From the IMG/VR virus record IMGVR_UViG_3300048438_000153, positions 62,001 to 126,000 of that record: a stretch of DNA of 64,000 nucleotides; one strand, written 5' to 3'. This document shows, in pieces, positions 39,162 to 48,354 of the stretch; within the stretch, counting starts at the first letter, position 1; every line of letters starts with the position of its first letter. Position numbers and translations under genes: made by a program. Under the pieces are notes generated by a model. It ran no database searches. It worked only from the letters and a program-made list of their open reading frames with translations, and was not told the origin of the DNA.

Positions 39162-40354
39162 TGTTTTTTGAATATGATAAAGAAAAACCAAAGCTCCTAG
39201 ATGAGACAACAATAAATGGCCCGTCAGGAAACCTTTATATCCCCAAAGGGCTTTGGCAAGACATGATCAAATCTTATGAGAAAGAAGATGTCTTGAACCG
39301 CCTCCGAGACTTAATCAACAAGGGAGTGATTTCTTTCCCTTATCAACACTACAGTAAAGAGGAGGTGCTTGACGAGTTTCAGCGACTCAGGAACTCAGTA
39401 GCTTCTTTCTCTGAAAGCGAGTGGGAGTGCAACCGATTGGTGACTGAAGCCCCTCTCTCATTTAGGAGAGGTAGCTACTACACTCCCAAGTCAGCTCGGG
39501 TTGGGAGTAAGGTGTCTGATTTGTTCACACAGAGAATAAGAATGGAGGTTGGACATCAGAGGTTTCTTTCTCCTATAAGAGCGTGGGAGAGTGAAAGAAA
39601 GTCCTTTCTCAACTATCTCTTCAACCCTGATATGTTTGAAGGAGACATCAACGAAAGATGTCTCAGAGTTTCGCTGAGTATGAGGTCATACATTGCGAGT
39701 CAGTTCAAACCTGAGTCAGCTAAGGTCATTTATGATACCTTTCAAGCCAAGAGAGTCCTAGACTTCAGCGCGGGATGGGGAGATAGACTCGTCGGGTTCC
39801 TCGCAAGTAATGCTGAGAGTTATATAGGGATTGACCCTAACTCTAAACTCCACGAACCCTATCAGAAGATTGTCGATTTCTGTGACGTAGGGAAAGAAAC
39901 AAGGTTCATCTGCGCTCCCGCAGAGGAAGCAGATTTAACGGGTGTTGAGGTGGACTTTATATTCACCTCTCCTCCCTATTTCACTCTCGAAAGGTACAGT
40001 CAGGAAGACACTCAGAGTTGGAAGCGATACCCTAAAATCAACGCTTGGCTAGATGGATTTCTATTTCCTACTTTATCTAAGTGTTGGAATTGCCTTGAAG
40101 AAGGGGGGAGAGTACTCGTCAATATCGCCGACGCTTATACGAATGGAGAGCGAGAGGAAATATGTCAGCCGATGTTAAGACATATGGAATCTCTTGGGGC
40201 TACTTACGAGGGAGTCATAGGTTACGAAATGGGAGCGAGACCAGGTAAAAACATGGATAATATCGGCAAGACTTTCTGTGAGCCGATATGGGTTTGGAGC
40301 AAAGGGGAAGCTCCCGAACCTAAGTGGAAATCAGATACGTTTTTGGGAGTCTAA
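39161..40354 (+). CDS. DNA amino-methyltransferase (N4-C/N6-A type), paralogue 1
   Basis: Motif I VLDFSAGWGDR, IGIDPN, motif IV FTSPPYF. Confidence 0.85.
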   Translation: MFFEYDKEKPKLLDETTINGPSGNLYIPKGLWQDMIKSYEKEDVLNRLRDLINKGVISFPYQHYSKEEVLDEFQRLRNSVASFSESEWECNRLVTEAPLSFRRGSYYTPKSARVGSKVSDLFTQRIRMEVGHQRFLSPIRAWESERKSFLNYLFNPDMFEGDINERCLRVSLSMRSYIASQFKPESAKVIYDTFQAKRVLDFSAGWGDRLVGFLASNAESYIGIDPNSKLHEPYQKIVDFCDVGKETRFICAPAEEADLTGVEVDFIFTSPPYFTLERYSQEDTQSWKRYPKINAWLDGFLFPTLSKCWNCLEEGGRVLVNIADAYTNGEREEICQPMLRHMESLGATYEGVIGYEMGARPGKNMDNIGKTFCEPIWVWSKGEAPEPKWKSDTFLGV

Positions 40355-40355
40355 T

Positions 40356-41066
40356 ATGTGGGGTTATTATGGGTCAAAAGCAAAGATTGTTAGTCAATAC
40401 CCGAAGCCGACCAAAGATAAGATTATAGAGCCATTTGCAGGAACTGCTCAATATGCTCTTAAATACTTTGATAGAGACATAGAACTCTATGATAAATATG
40501 AGCTGATCGTAAATCTTTGGAAGTGGTTACAGAAATGTAGCCCAAAAGACATCACATCACTACCTCACTTAAAGGCAGGCGAGAGCGTAGATGATTACGA
40601 ATGGGATTGTGATGAAGCAAAACACTTAATAGGCTTCATCATTTCAGGCGGTGCTACTCAGCCAAAAAAATCAGTGACTAAGTGGAAAGCGGTGATCAGG
40701 CCGAACACTCAAAACTACAAGAAAACTCTCATTTCTTCTAACCTATACAAGATCAGGCATTGGAACATCGAGTGTAAGTCTTATGAAGAAATAGATAACC
40801 AAGAAGCTACTTGGTTCATTGACCCTCCTTATGAAGAGGGGGGGGTATATTACAGACACAGCTCAAAAAACATAGATTTCAGCCACCTTTCAGAATGGTG
40901 TCAGGAACGTGAGGGAGAAGTGATTGTCTGTGAGAAACAAGGTGCGTCTTGGCTTCCCTTTGAACCGCTTACAGAAGTGAAAGGCTTGAAGGCACAGAGC
41001 TTCCAAGAAGCAGTCTGGTTGAAGAACATGAGTTTACCTAAGCAATTAGACTTGTTTGGACTTTAA
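40356..41066 (+). CDS. Dam/D12-like N6-adenine methyltransferase (short form)
   Basis: YYGSK, IEPFAGTA, FIDPPY. True start MWGYY at 40356. Ends KQLDLFGL. Confidence 0.85.
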   Translation: MWGYYGSKAKIVSQYPKPTKDKIIEPFAGTAQYALKYFDRDIELYDKYELIVNLWKWLQKCSPKDITSLPHLKAGESVDDYEWDCDEAKHLIGFIISGGATQPKKSVTKWKAVIRPNTQNYKKTLISSNLYKIRHWNIECKSYEEIDNQEATWFIDPPYEEGGVYYRHSSKNIDFSHLSEWCQEREGEVIVCEKQGASWLPFEPLTEVKGLKAQSFQEAVWLKNMSLPKQLDLFGL

Positions 41067-41069
41067 GAA

Positions 41070-41246
41070 ATGAAGAACCAAATATTTAACGAGGTCTGCT
41101 TAGAAACCATGTCTCGAATGAGCGATAGCTCAATAGACAAAAACATGAATAACATCGGCAAGACCTTCTGTGAGCCGATATGGGTTTGGAGTAAGGGCGA
41201 AGCCCCTGAGCCCAAGTGGAACCAAGACACTTATTTCGGAGTATGA
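41070..41246 (+). pseudogene. 58-aa chimeric relic: beta-class MTase-like N-terminus fused to an SPPY-paralogue C-terminus
   Basis: MKNQIFNEVCLETMSRMSDSSID|KNMNNIGKTFCEPIWVWSKGEAPEPKWNQDTYFGV*. The second half nearly duplicates the end of 39161-40354. Confidence 0.75.
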
Positions 41247-41249
41247 AGC

Positions 41250-42401
41250 ATGAGTCTTACTAGAAAGAGCTTTCTCAACTCTAAAGGTGAGATATACCTC
41301 ACACAGAAAGAGATTAGAACCCTTGCGAAAGAACATGACATAGAAGAGATTATAGAGGTACTCGGTAAGATCGTAGACGAGTTGCCTTTCCCACTCACTG
41401 AGTACACAGATCAAGAGGTCATAACCGATTTTAATAGGTTAAAAAACACACACCTTGAAGTTATACGGGGCGGTTGGGTGAGCCACAGGATAGATGAGGC
41501 GATCTCTCCTTTATACAGAGGGGAGTCAATAAGATTCCCTAAGACAAGAAACATAGGGGGCAAAGTCTCTAATCAATACACAGAGGCGTTAAGGTTATCT
41601 ACGCCTCATGCGAGATACAAAAGCCACAAAGATCTTTGGTATGCTAAGAGAAAGTATTGGTTAAAGTATTTCTTCAACATCAAGATGCACACAGGAAATC
41701 TCGAACAGGGTAAGCTGAGGCAAGGTTTGTCAGGTCAATATTACTGCTCTCAGTTTAAACCTCTCATCGCTAAGTCAATGTACGATACTTTCCAAGCTAA
41801 GAGAGTCTTAGACTTCAGCGCGGGATGGGGAGACAGACTCGTGGGCTTCCTCGCGAGCGGAGCTGAGAGTTATGTCGGGATAGACCCTAACTCTAAGCTA
41901 CATGAACCCTATCAGAAGATCGCTGATTCTATTTCTGATAGGGTAGCTTCGACTTTCGTCAGCCCTGCGGAAGATTTTGATTATAACTCTGTTGAGTACG
42001 ACTTTGTGTTTACTAGCCCTCCCTATTTCGACCTAGAGAGATACAGCAACGAAGGCACTCAAAGTTGGAAAAGGTACTCAGAATTTGAAGAGTGGGTTCA
42101 AAACTTCCTGTTTAAAACGCTAACCGCCTGTTGGAGAAACCTCTCAGACAACGGTCGGATGATAATTAACATATCTGACATATATTCAAAGGGAGCAAAG
42201 AGAGAGATCTGTAGCCCCATGTTAAGACATATGGAGTCTCTAGGCGCTACCTATGAAGGTGTTATAGGGTATGAGATGGCCCATAAGACTAGCAAATCGG
42301 TTAAGCGACACGATCTGCCTTTCTGCGAGCCTATGTTCGTGTGGTCAAAAGGAAACCCACCTGAGCCTCAGTGGAACTCCCAACTCTTTTTTGAGATCTA
42401 A
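41250..42401 (+). CDS. DNA amino-methyltransferase, paralogue 2
   Basis: VLDFSAGWGDR and FTSPPYF. Confidence 0.85.
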   Translation: MSLTRKSFLNSKGEIYLTQKEIRTLAKEHDIEEIIEVLGKIVDELPFPLTEYTDQEVITDFNRLKNTHLEVIRGGWVSHRIDEAISPLYRGESIRFPKTRNIGGKVSNQYTEALRLSTPHARYKSHKDLWYAKRKYWLKYFFNIKMHTGNLEQGKLRQGLSGQYYCSQFKPLIAKSMYDTFQAKRVLDFSAGWGDRLVGFLASGAESYVGIDPNSKLHEPYQKIADSISDRVASTFVSPAEDFDYNSVEYDFVFTSPPYFDLERYSNEGTQSWKRYSEFEEWVQNFLFKTLTACWRNLSDNGRMIINISDIYSKGAKREICSPMLRHMESLGATYEGVIGYEMAHKTSKSVKRHDLPFCEPMFVWSKGNPPEPQWNSQLFFEI

Positions 42402-42537
42402 GACTCCTGACCCTGAGCCTAAGTGGACACAAGACAACTTCTTCGGAGTTTAAGAAATGCAGAACCAAATCTTCAATGAGGAGTACTTCAAGATGTCGAA
42501 AGTAAGACTAGAAAACACTCAGGAGTATCTTTTCTAA
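42402..42537 (+). pseudogene. two relics: an orphan MTase tail (PDPEPKWTQDNFFGV*) and an internally deleted MTase mini-ORF at 42457-42537
   Basis: The mini-ORF MQNQIFNEEYFKMSKVRLENTQEYLF* joins an N-terminus like that at 41070 to a beta-MTase-type C-terminal EEY..S..RL helix. Confidence 0.65.
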
Positions 42538-43238
42538 TGCACCACATACAAGAAAGAAACTGCGCTGAAGCGTGGATTAAAGCCACTCAAGACATCCTCT
42601 CTAAAGGAGAGAATATGGGTGGCCTATACGAGATCCTCAATATGGGGATAGAAATCACTTCCTCTGAGGTATGTCCTGTCTTTGACAGCCATTTCAGAGA
42701 CGTCTTCGGAGACGAGAGAATAGACTATGCTAAGTCTGTCACTTTCATCGAGCCTAAGCCCAACCCTCTCTTTCCCGATTTAAGAGAATACGAGCAGAAC
42801 AAGACGGGGAAATGGACAAATAGCTATTGGGGTCGGATGTTCTCTTGGAACGGCGGATTCAACCAAGTCGAACAGACGATTAAGAGACTGAAAGAGAACA
42901 AGCAAGCCAAGACCATCGTAATCGGAGTCTACGACCCTCAGACTGACGGAAAGAAAGTCATGGGAGGGATGCCCTGTCTGCTCACCATAGACCTCAAGCC
43001 TAGAGGCGGTAAACTTAACCTCACAGCTAACTTTAGGAGTCAGGCTGTCTCCAAGTCAGGGTATGCGGATTACATGGCTCTCGTAGAGTTCTGTGACTTC
43101 CTCTGCAAAGAGAGCGGGTGTCTCGACTTTGGGTTAGTGACTTCTTTCGCTCACTCATGTCATGTGAGGACTCAAAACGGAGAACTTAAGAAATCCAAGG
43201 AGCTGATGAGGAGATATCATGAAGAAATGGGTAGCTGA
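42537..43238 (+). CDS. thymidylate-synthase-fold pyrimidine-modifying enzyme (dCMP hydroxymethylase-like)
   Basis: YWGR, NQVEQTIKRL, MPC (catalytic Cys), FRSQAVSKSGYAD, HSCH. Confidence 0.8.
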   Translation: MHHIQERNCAEAWIKATQDILSKGENMGGLYEILNMGIEITSSEVCPVFDSHFRDVFGDERIDYAKSVTFIEPKPNPLFPDLREYEQNKTGKWTNSYWGRMFSWNGGFNQVEQTIKRLKENKQAKTIVIGVYDPQTDGKKVMGGMPCLLTIDLKPRGGKLNLTANFRSQAVSKSGYADYMALVEFCDFLCKESGCLDFGLVTSFAHSCHVRTQNGELKKSKELMRRYHEEMGS

Positions 43239-44130
43239 TTTTAAGAGTATTCTTTACTCCACTATAGAGGCTCTCCCCCCTGAAGTGAGTCTTTCTTTCT
43301 CGGGTGGCGTTGACTCCTCTATGCTTTTATTCGCTATGATTGATTTAGGCAGACCCCCTACAGAGCTCATCACATTCAAGATTGTAGGGGAATACTCTAA
43401 GGACTTAGATTTCGCTAGAAAGACCGCCCATCATTACGGCATCCCTTTGAGGGTTGCTCAGATCCCAAGTAACCCTCAAAAGAAAGACCTCGAAAGAGAG
43501 ATTAAAGAGATTCTTAGAGAAACGAGAGTTTCTCGGAGCATAGACACTCAGGTGTCCTATGCCTACTCCTACATGACCTCAATCACCTCAACTGACCATC
43601 TTGTTCTCGGGTTCTACGAGGACTTGTACTGCCTCAACAATAAGAAAAACTCTGTCATGTATAGCAATATGCTAAAGGGAAATCTCTCTGAGAAAGAGTT
43701 CGTTTCTTGGATCAATCAAGAAAGAGTCGAAATATATCAAGGCAAGGTTGCAGGGCGCAAAGCTCAGATTGACCACAACTATGTCGTGATCTCTAACTAC
43801 ATTGAGTCTAAGGGTATTCAGACTATCTGTCCCCTCAGAAATCAGGAGATGTTGGATCATTGTCTTAAGAAAGGGTTTGAAGATCTGACGTTCGATCTGA
43901 ATGGAAAGAGAAGGTCTAAGTGGTTCATCAAAGACATGATCTTTAAGAAGTATTTCGACCAACACAAAACCAACATATCTAACTTTCATACATCGGGAAA
44001 AGAAGGTGGGCTGAAAGGTCTGCATCAGAGGGTGCTTCTAACAGGATCACCATACAAAGACACAAGAGCAATTTACAATCAAATACTTAAAGACATTGAG
44101 TTTGAAGAGAGCGCGCATTTCCTATGCTAA
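43219..44130 (+). CDS. asparagine-synthetase-like PP-loop ATP pyrophosphatase/amidoligase (no glutaminase domain)
   Basis: SLSFSGGVDSS, DLDFARKTAHHYGI, CPLRN, SKWFIK. Confidence 0.8.
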   Translation: MKKWVADFKSILYSTIEALPPEVSLSFSGGVDSSMLLFAMIDLGRPPTELITFKIVGEYSKDLDFARKTAHHYGIPLRVAQIPSNPQKKDLEREIKEILRETRVSRSIDTQVSYAYSYMTSITSTDHLVLGFYEDLYCLNNKKNSVMYSNMLKGNLSEKEFVSWINQERVEIYQGKVAGRKAQIDHNYVVISNYIESKGIQTICPLRNQEMLDHCLKKGFEDLTFDLNGKRRSKWFIKDMIFKKYFDQHKTNISNFHTSGKEGGLKGLHQRVLLTGSPYKDTRAIYNQILKDIEFEESAHFLC

Positions 44131-44957
44131 ACCTACACACACCTGTCGAAACTTACCGCATAGAAAGCACTGAGGTAGACGTTAAGAGAGATGACCTTCA
44201 TAATGGAGATCTCGACCTCCCTCCTTGGGCAAAGCTAGAGGGGGTGCGCCAACTACTCCTCTCAGACTGCTTCGATAAAAGAAAGCCCATCGTACACCTA
44301 ACTATCAGAGGTTCATACACAGGGTGGGCTCTTTCTTATTTCGGGAGAGAATACGGGTACGACATCAAGATCGCCTATCCGAAAACCAAGTCTTACCCTC
44401 AAGAAATGCTCGATAAGATCACTCAATATGGAGGGGAACTTGTGCCTCTCCGACATAATATGGTGGCGGTTCTCTCAGCTCAGGTTAAGAAGATGGCTAA
44501 AGAGCGCGGGTGGCAAATGAGCCCCGACGCTTTCAACCACCCTGTCTATGTAAAGTCTTGGAAAGAAAGATCTGCTTCTTTCTTTCAAGAGAACGACTAT
44601 CAGACCCTCGTCATTCAAGGGGGGAGTGGAGTTACGAGTGTTGGACTCATTCAGAGTTTTCTCGGTGTAGATTACATTGCGGGTCAGATGTTTGAGCCCA
44701 CATACGAGGGAAAGAAAGTAATCATCATCTCCACCTCAAGTGTAAAGACCGTGAAGTCTGCGCTCGTATCAAATATGGGGAGTGTGCCTTCGTGTGTAGA
44801 AATCTACAAATCTGAACATGACTTCTATGACGAGATTCCTACTCATGCGACACCGTTCCCCTGTAACCGTCTGTGGGACAAGAAAGCGTGGGTTTGGATG
44901 ACTCAGAATGTGGGTGAGTTGAAGGATAGAACTCTCTTTTGGAACTTGGGGGCATAA
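44124..44957 (+). CDS. PLP-dependent fold-type II enzyme (D-cysteine desulfhydrase/ACC deaminase-like)
   Basis: TPVE...VKRDDL...WAK (PLP Lys), GGSGVT phosphate loop, WDKKAW, LFWNLG. Confidence 0.8.
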   Translation: MLNLHTPVETYRIESTEVDVKRDDLHNGDLDLPPWAKLEGVRQLLLSDCFDKRKPIVHLTIRGSYTGWALSYFGREYGYDIKIAYPKTKSYPQEMLDKITQYGGELVPLRHNMVAVLSAQVKKMAKERGWQMSPDAFNHPVYVKSWKERSASFFQENDYQTLVIQGGSGVTSVGLIQSFLGVDYIAGQMFEPTYEGKKVIIISTSSVKTVKSALVSNMGSVPSCVEIYKSEHDFYDEIPTHATPFPCNRLWDKKAWVWMTQNVGELKDRTLFWNLGA

Positions 44958-44960
44958 GCT

Positions 44961-46184
44961 GTGTTTTTTGAGTACGAGAAAGAACTGCCTAAAACAGATC
45001 TCTCTGACTATAGTCTCCTCAAGAATGGGCAAATCTCTATACCTTCCTATGTATGGCGCGAGATTAAAAACAGCTTCGATAAGAAAGAGGTGATCGAGCA
45101 CATCTCTCAACTTATACAAGATCACAACCTCCCCTACCCGAGTAGGACATACACAAAAGCTGTACTCGACAGGGACTTCAGAAAGCTCAAGAGCGAGTCA
45201 TGTGGTGTGAAAGAGGGATCTTGGGAGTGCTTGAGGACGATCCCTAATGTCACTCTTAAATACCTTAATCGTCAGTGCTACATACAGGCTAGTCAACATG
45301 GTCTAAAAGTCTCGGATCAGCAGACGCATCTCTCTCGCATGAAATGCGCTCACTTCGAGCACAAGAGTCCGTACAGAGAATGGACTCGGCAAGGGTGCAA
45401 GTCGAAGGTCAGATACGTTCTAAGAGTGTTGTGGAGTCTATCAGAAGGAGACGCCCTTAAGAACGGTGTGTGCGAGAAGCAACTGAGAGACTGCTTGAGG
45501 TTGGGCAACTACATGGCGAGTCAGTTCAAGCCCTCATGCGCTAAGACCCTGTATGATTTCTTTCAGGCTAAGAGAGTCTTAGACCTAAGCTCAGGGTGGG
45601 GTGACAGGCTCGTAGGTTTTCTTGCGAGTGGGGCTGAGAGCTATGTCGGGATAGACCCTAACTCTGAACTCCACGAACCCTATCAGAAGATCGCTGACTT
45701 CTGTGACACAGGGAAGGAAACACGATTCATCTGTGATCCCGCAGAGGACGCAGACTTAACGGGTGTTGAGGTGGACTTCGTATTTACGAGCCCCCCTTAC
45801 TTTGACGTTGAAAAGTACAGTGAAGAAGACACTCAGAGTTGGAAACGATATAAGTCGAAAGACCTATGGCTGAATAACTTCTTTCTCCCATCGCTCACTA
45901 AGGCTTGGGAGGCTCTTTCTGAGGGAGGGAGGATAGCCATCAACATCGCAGACAAGGGTCACTCAAGAGAAGATGTGGGCGAGGACATCTGTAGCCCCAT
46001 GTTAAGACATATGGAGTCTCTAGGCGCTACCTATGAGGGGATTATCGGGTATAGGATGAACAAGAGGCCGGGTGACAGAATGGGCGCGGTTGGAGGCGCG
46101 GTTTTCTGTGAGCCGATATGGGTTTGGAGTAAGGGTGAAGCCCCTGATCCCAAGTGGACTCAAGACACCTATTTCGGAGTTTAA
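44961..46184 (+). CDS. DNA amino-methyltransferase, paralogue 3
   Basis: VLDLSSGWGDR and FTSPPYF; GTG start. Confidence 0.85.
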   Translation: MFFEYEKELPKTDLSDYSLLKNGQISIPSYVWREIKNSFDKKEVIEHISQLIQDHNLPYPSRTYTKAVLDRDFRKLKSESCGVKEGSWECLRTIPNVTLKYLNRQCYIQASQHGLKVSDQQTHLSRMKCAHFEHKSPYREWTRQGCKSKVRYVLRVLWSLSEGDALKNGVCEKQLRDCLRLGNYMASQFKPSCAKTLYDFFQAKRVLDLSSGWGDRLVGFLASGAESYVGIDPNSELHEPYQKIADFCDTGKETRFICDPAEDADLTGVEVDFVFTSPPYFDVEKYSEEDTQSWKRYKSKDLWLNNFFLPSLTKAWEALSEGGRIAINIADKGHSREDVGEDICSPMLRHMESLGATYEGIIGYRMNKRPGDRMGAVGGAVFCEPIWVWSKGEAPDPKWTQDTYFGV

Positions 46185-46185
46185 G

Positions 46186-47364
46186 ATGTTTTTCGATTAC
46201 GAAAAAGAGATCACATCTCTCGATGAGATCAAGTATATTAAGAACGGTTATTTCCACATCCTCCCTAGTGAGTGGGAGATGCTTAGAAAGTCTTTTACCA
46301 AGGAAGAAATAAAAGACCATATCGCGCCCATCCTGAGTTCATTACCGTACCCCTATTTCGAGTATTCAGAGAAAGAGCTGAGGAGAGATTTCTCTAAGCT
46401 GAAATCACTCTCGAATAAACTCAAGCAAGGGGAATGGGTAGCTACAAGACAAGCAGCAGAAAGAGACACACTCTTTCTCGGTCAGAGTATCTATATGGAC
46501 TGCTACTACACAGGGAAAGGAATATCTGATCAGTACACTCAAGAGGCGCGCTTTAAATGCTCTTATAGAGCTGTCGGTAACTCCCCTTACGACGAGTGGG
46601 TCAGTGCGGACAAGAAGAACTCTTTCTTAAGATGTTTCTTCGGCATCTCAGAGAGGGACATCTACGAAAGAGGAGGAGTCAACAAGCAGACACTCAGGCG
46701 CGCTCTAAAGATGCACACATACACAGCGAGTCAGTTCAAGGCTGAAGCCTCTAAAACCCTGTATGATTTCTTTCAGGCTAAGAGAGTCTTAGACTTCAGT
46801 GCAGGATGGGGTGACAGGCTCGTGGGTTTCCTCGCTAGCGGAGCAGATAGTTATGTCGGGATAGACCCTAACTCTAAGCTACATGAACCCTATCAGAAGA
46901 TCGTCGATTTCTGTAACACAGGGAAGGAAACACGATTCATCTGTGCTCCCGCAGAGGACGCAGACTTAACAGGTGTTGAGGTGGACTTCGTGTTTACAAG
47001 TCCTCCCTATTTTGACATAGAGAGATACAGTGACGAAGACACTCAGAGTTGGAAACGATACCCTGAAATAGACTCTTGGGTCGAGGGCTTCTTCCTCCCC
47101 ACTCTAAGCAAGTGTTGGAGTGTTCTTTCTGAGGGCGGGAGAATACTTGTCAACATCGCCGATAAGAAGGGCAACGACATCTGTAGCCCCATGTTAAGAC
47201 ATATGGAGTCTCTAGGCGCTACCTATGAGGGTGTTATAGGCTACCGTATGTCAGAAAGAGGAGGGCAAAAGACCACCGTACCGAGCTGTGAGCCGATATG
47301 GGTTTGGTCTAAAGGCGACGCGCCCGAACCTAAGTGGACTCAAGACACCTATTTCGGAGTTTAA
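46186..47364 (+). CDS. DNA amino-methyltransferase, paralogue 4
   Basis: True start MFFDYEKE at 46186; VLDFSAGWGDR and FTSPPYF. Confidence 0.85.
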   Translation: MFFDYEKEITSLDEIKYIKNGYFHILPSEWEMLRKSFTKEEIKDHIAPILSSLPYPYFEYSEKELRRDFSKLKSLSNKLKQGEWVATRQAAERDTLFLGQSIYMDCYYTGKGISDQYTQEARFKCSYRAVGNSPYDEWVSADKKNSFLRCFFGISERDIYERGGVNKQTLRRALKMHTYTASQFKAEASKTLYDFFQAKRVLDFSAGWGDRLVGFLASGADSYVGIDPNSKLHEPYQKIVDFCNTGKETRFICAPAEDADLTGVEVDFVFTSPPYFDIERYSDEDTQSWKRYPEIDSWVEGFFLPTLSKCWSVLSEGGRILVNIADKKGNDICSPMLRHMESLGATYEGVIGYRMSERGGQKTTVPSCEPIWVWSKGDAPEPKWTQDTYFGV

Positions 47365-47367
47365 AGC

Positions 47368-47562
47368 TCAGTCCTCTTTATAAGCCTCAAGAATCTCACC
47401 CCGAAGCGCCTTGAGCTGATCCATAGCTACCTTGAGTTGCTTACGGACGCGAGTTCCTGCTGAGCGGTTCTTCTTAGTGTCGATCTTCTGTGCGTCAGAG
47501 ACGACTTCTTCAGCAGTAAGAATAGTAGTGATTTCCTGTAGGCGATTAGAGATGTTACTCAT
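47368..47562 (-). CDS. Hc1/histone-H1-like small nucleoid-associated protein
   Basis: KKNRSAGTRVRKQL...LKALRGEI resembles the KGNKAAGTRARK family. Start MSNIS at 47562. Confidence 0.7.
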   Translation of the reverse strand: MSNISNRLQEITTILTAEEVVSDAQKIDTKKNRSAGTRVRKQLKVAMDQLKALRGEILEAYKED

Positions 47563-47682
47563 ATCTTTTCTCCGATATAGGTGTTGGTGTGTGGGAATGA
47601 GTCGGAACTGACTCATGAACATTTATACCGATCAGTTTTACTTTTATACCTAGTTAAGAGAAAAGTAGAAAGAGGGACACTC

Positions 47683-48354
47683 ATGAGAACAATCACAGCA
47701 AGAGTCGCCACAAAGTTCTTAAAGAAAGCAGCGGAAAGTCTTGAGATACACATCTATGACTTCGATGGAACTCTGTTCCGTAGTCCTGAAGCTCCTGAGT
47801 GGTGGAGTAAAAGAAGATATGGTCAGTGGCACTCCAACCAATCTTCATTGGGTCAGCCCTTTGTGCCTAACAACCCTTCTTCAGACTATTGGATTAACGG
47901 CGTAGTAGAGGAAGCAAAGAAGTCCATAGCAGACTTGAATACTTGGGCAGTCATGTGTACAGGACGCATCGACACAGGAGCTCTCAGATACAGAGTGGCT
48001 GAGTTACTGAGGCAAGAGGGTCTTGATTTCGATCAGAACTTTCTTAACGACACAGGTAGGCTGACAAGACCCTACAAGAAAGTGACTCTAATCGAACTCC
48101 TGAAGCAGTTCCCACAGGTCAAGAAAGTCGTTGTGTGGGAGGACACTCAGAAAAACCTCGACGCGCTCGAAAGCATCTGCGACAGGATCGGGATCGAGTT
48201 TGAAGGGAAGCTCATTTCTGAGAGGCTTCTCTCTTCAAACCACATCTCAGAGGATGAATACATAGACTTTCTTAGAGGAGAGCTCTCCGCTAAAGAGTTC
48301 ACTCAGATCTATAAGGCTCTACAGAAGAGTAGAAAGAGAAAGCAAGAATTATGA
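47683..48354 (+). CDS. HAD-superfamily phosphatase (Swiss-Army-Knife RNA-repair type) with RVATKFL leader
   Basis: IYDFDGTLFRSP, MCTGR, YKK, WED. Confidence 0.8.
   Translation: MRTITARVATKFLKKAAESLEIHIYDFDGTLFRSPEAPEWWSKRRYGQWHSNQSSLGQPFVPNNPSSDYWINGVVEEAKKSIADLNTWAVMCTGRIDTGALRYRVAELLRQEGLDFDQNFLNDTGRLTRPYKKVTLIELLKQFPQVKKVVVWEDTQKNLDALESICDRIGIEFEGKLISERLLSSNHISEDEYIDFLRGELSAKEFTQIYKALQKSRKRKQEL

Larger units (their letters stand above)
42207..47228 (+). repeat. dispersed exact 50-bp repeat in three MTase paralogues (42207-42256, 45987-46036, 47179-47228)
   Basis: atctgtagccccatgttaagacatatggagtctctaggcgctacctatga is identical in all three copies. Confidence 0.9.

Noticed and set aside
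39161-47364. Diversity-generating retroelement (TR/VR) as the explanation for the repeats
   Set aside because: No reverse transcriptase in the window. The repeats are coding paralogue segments, and I saw no adenine-specific mismatch pattern.
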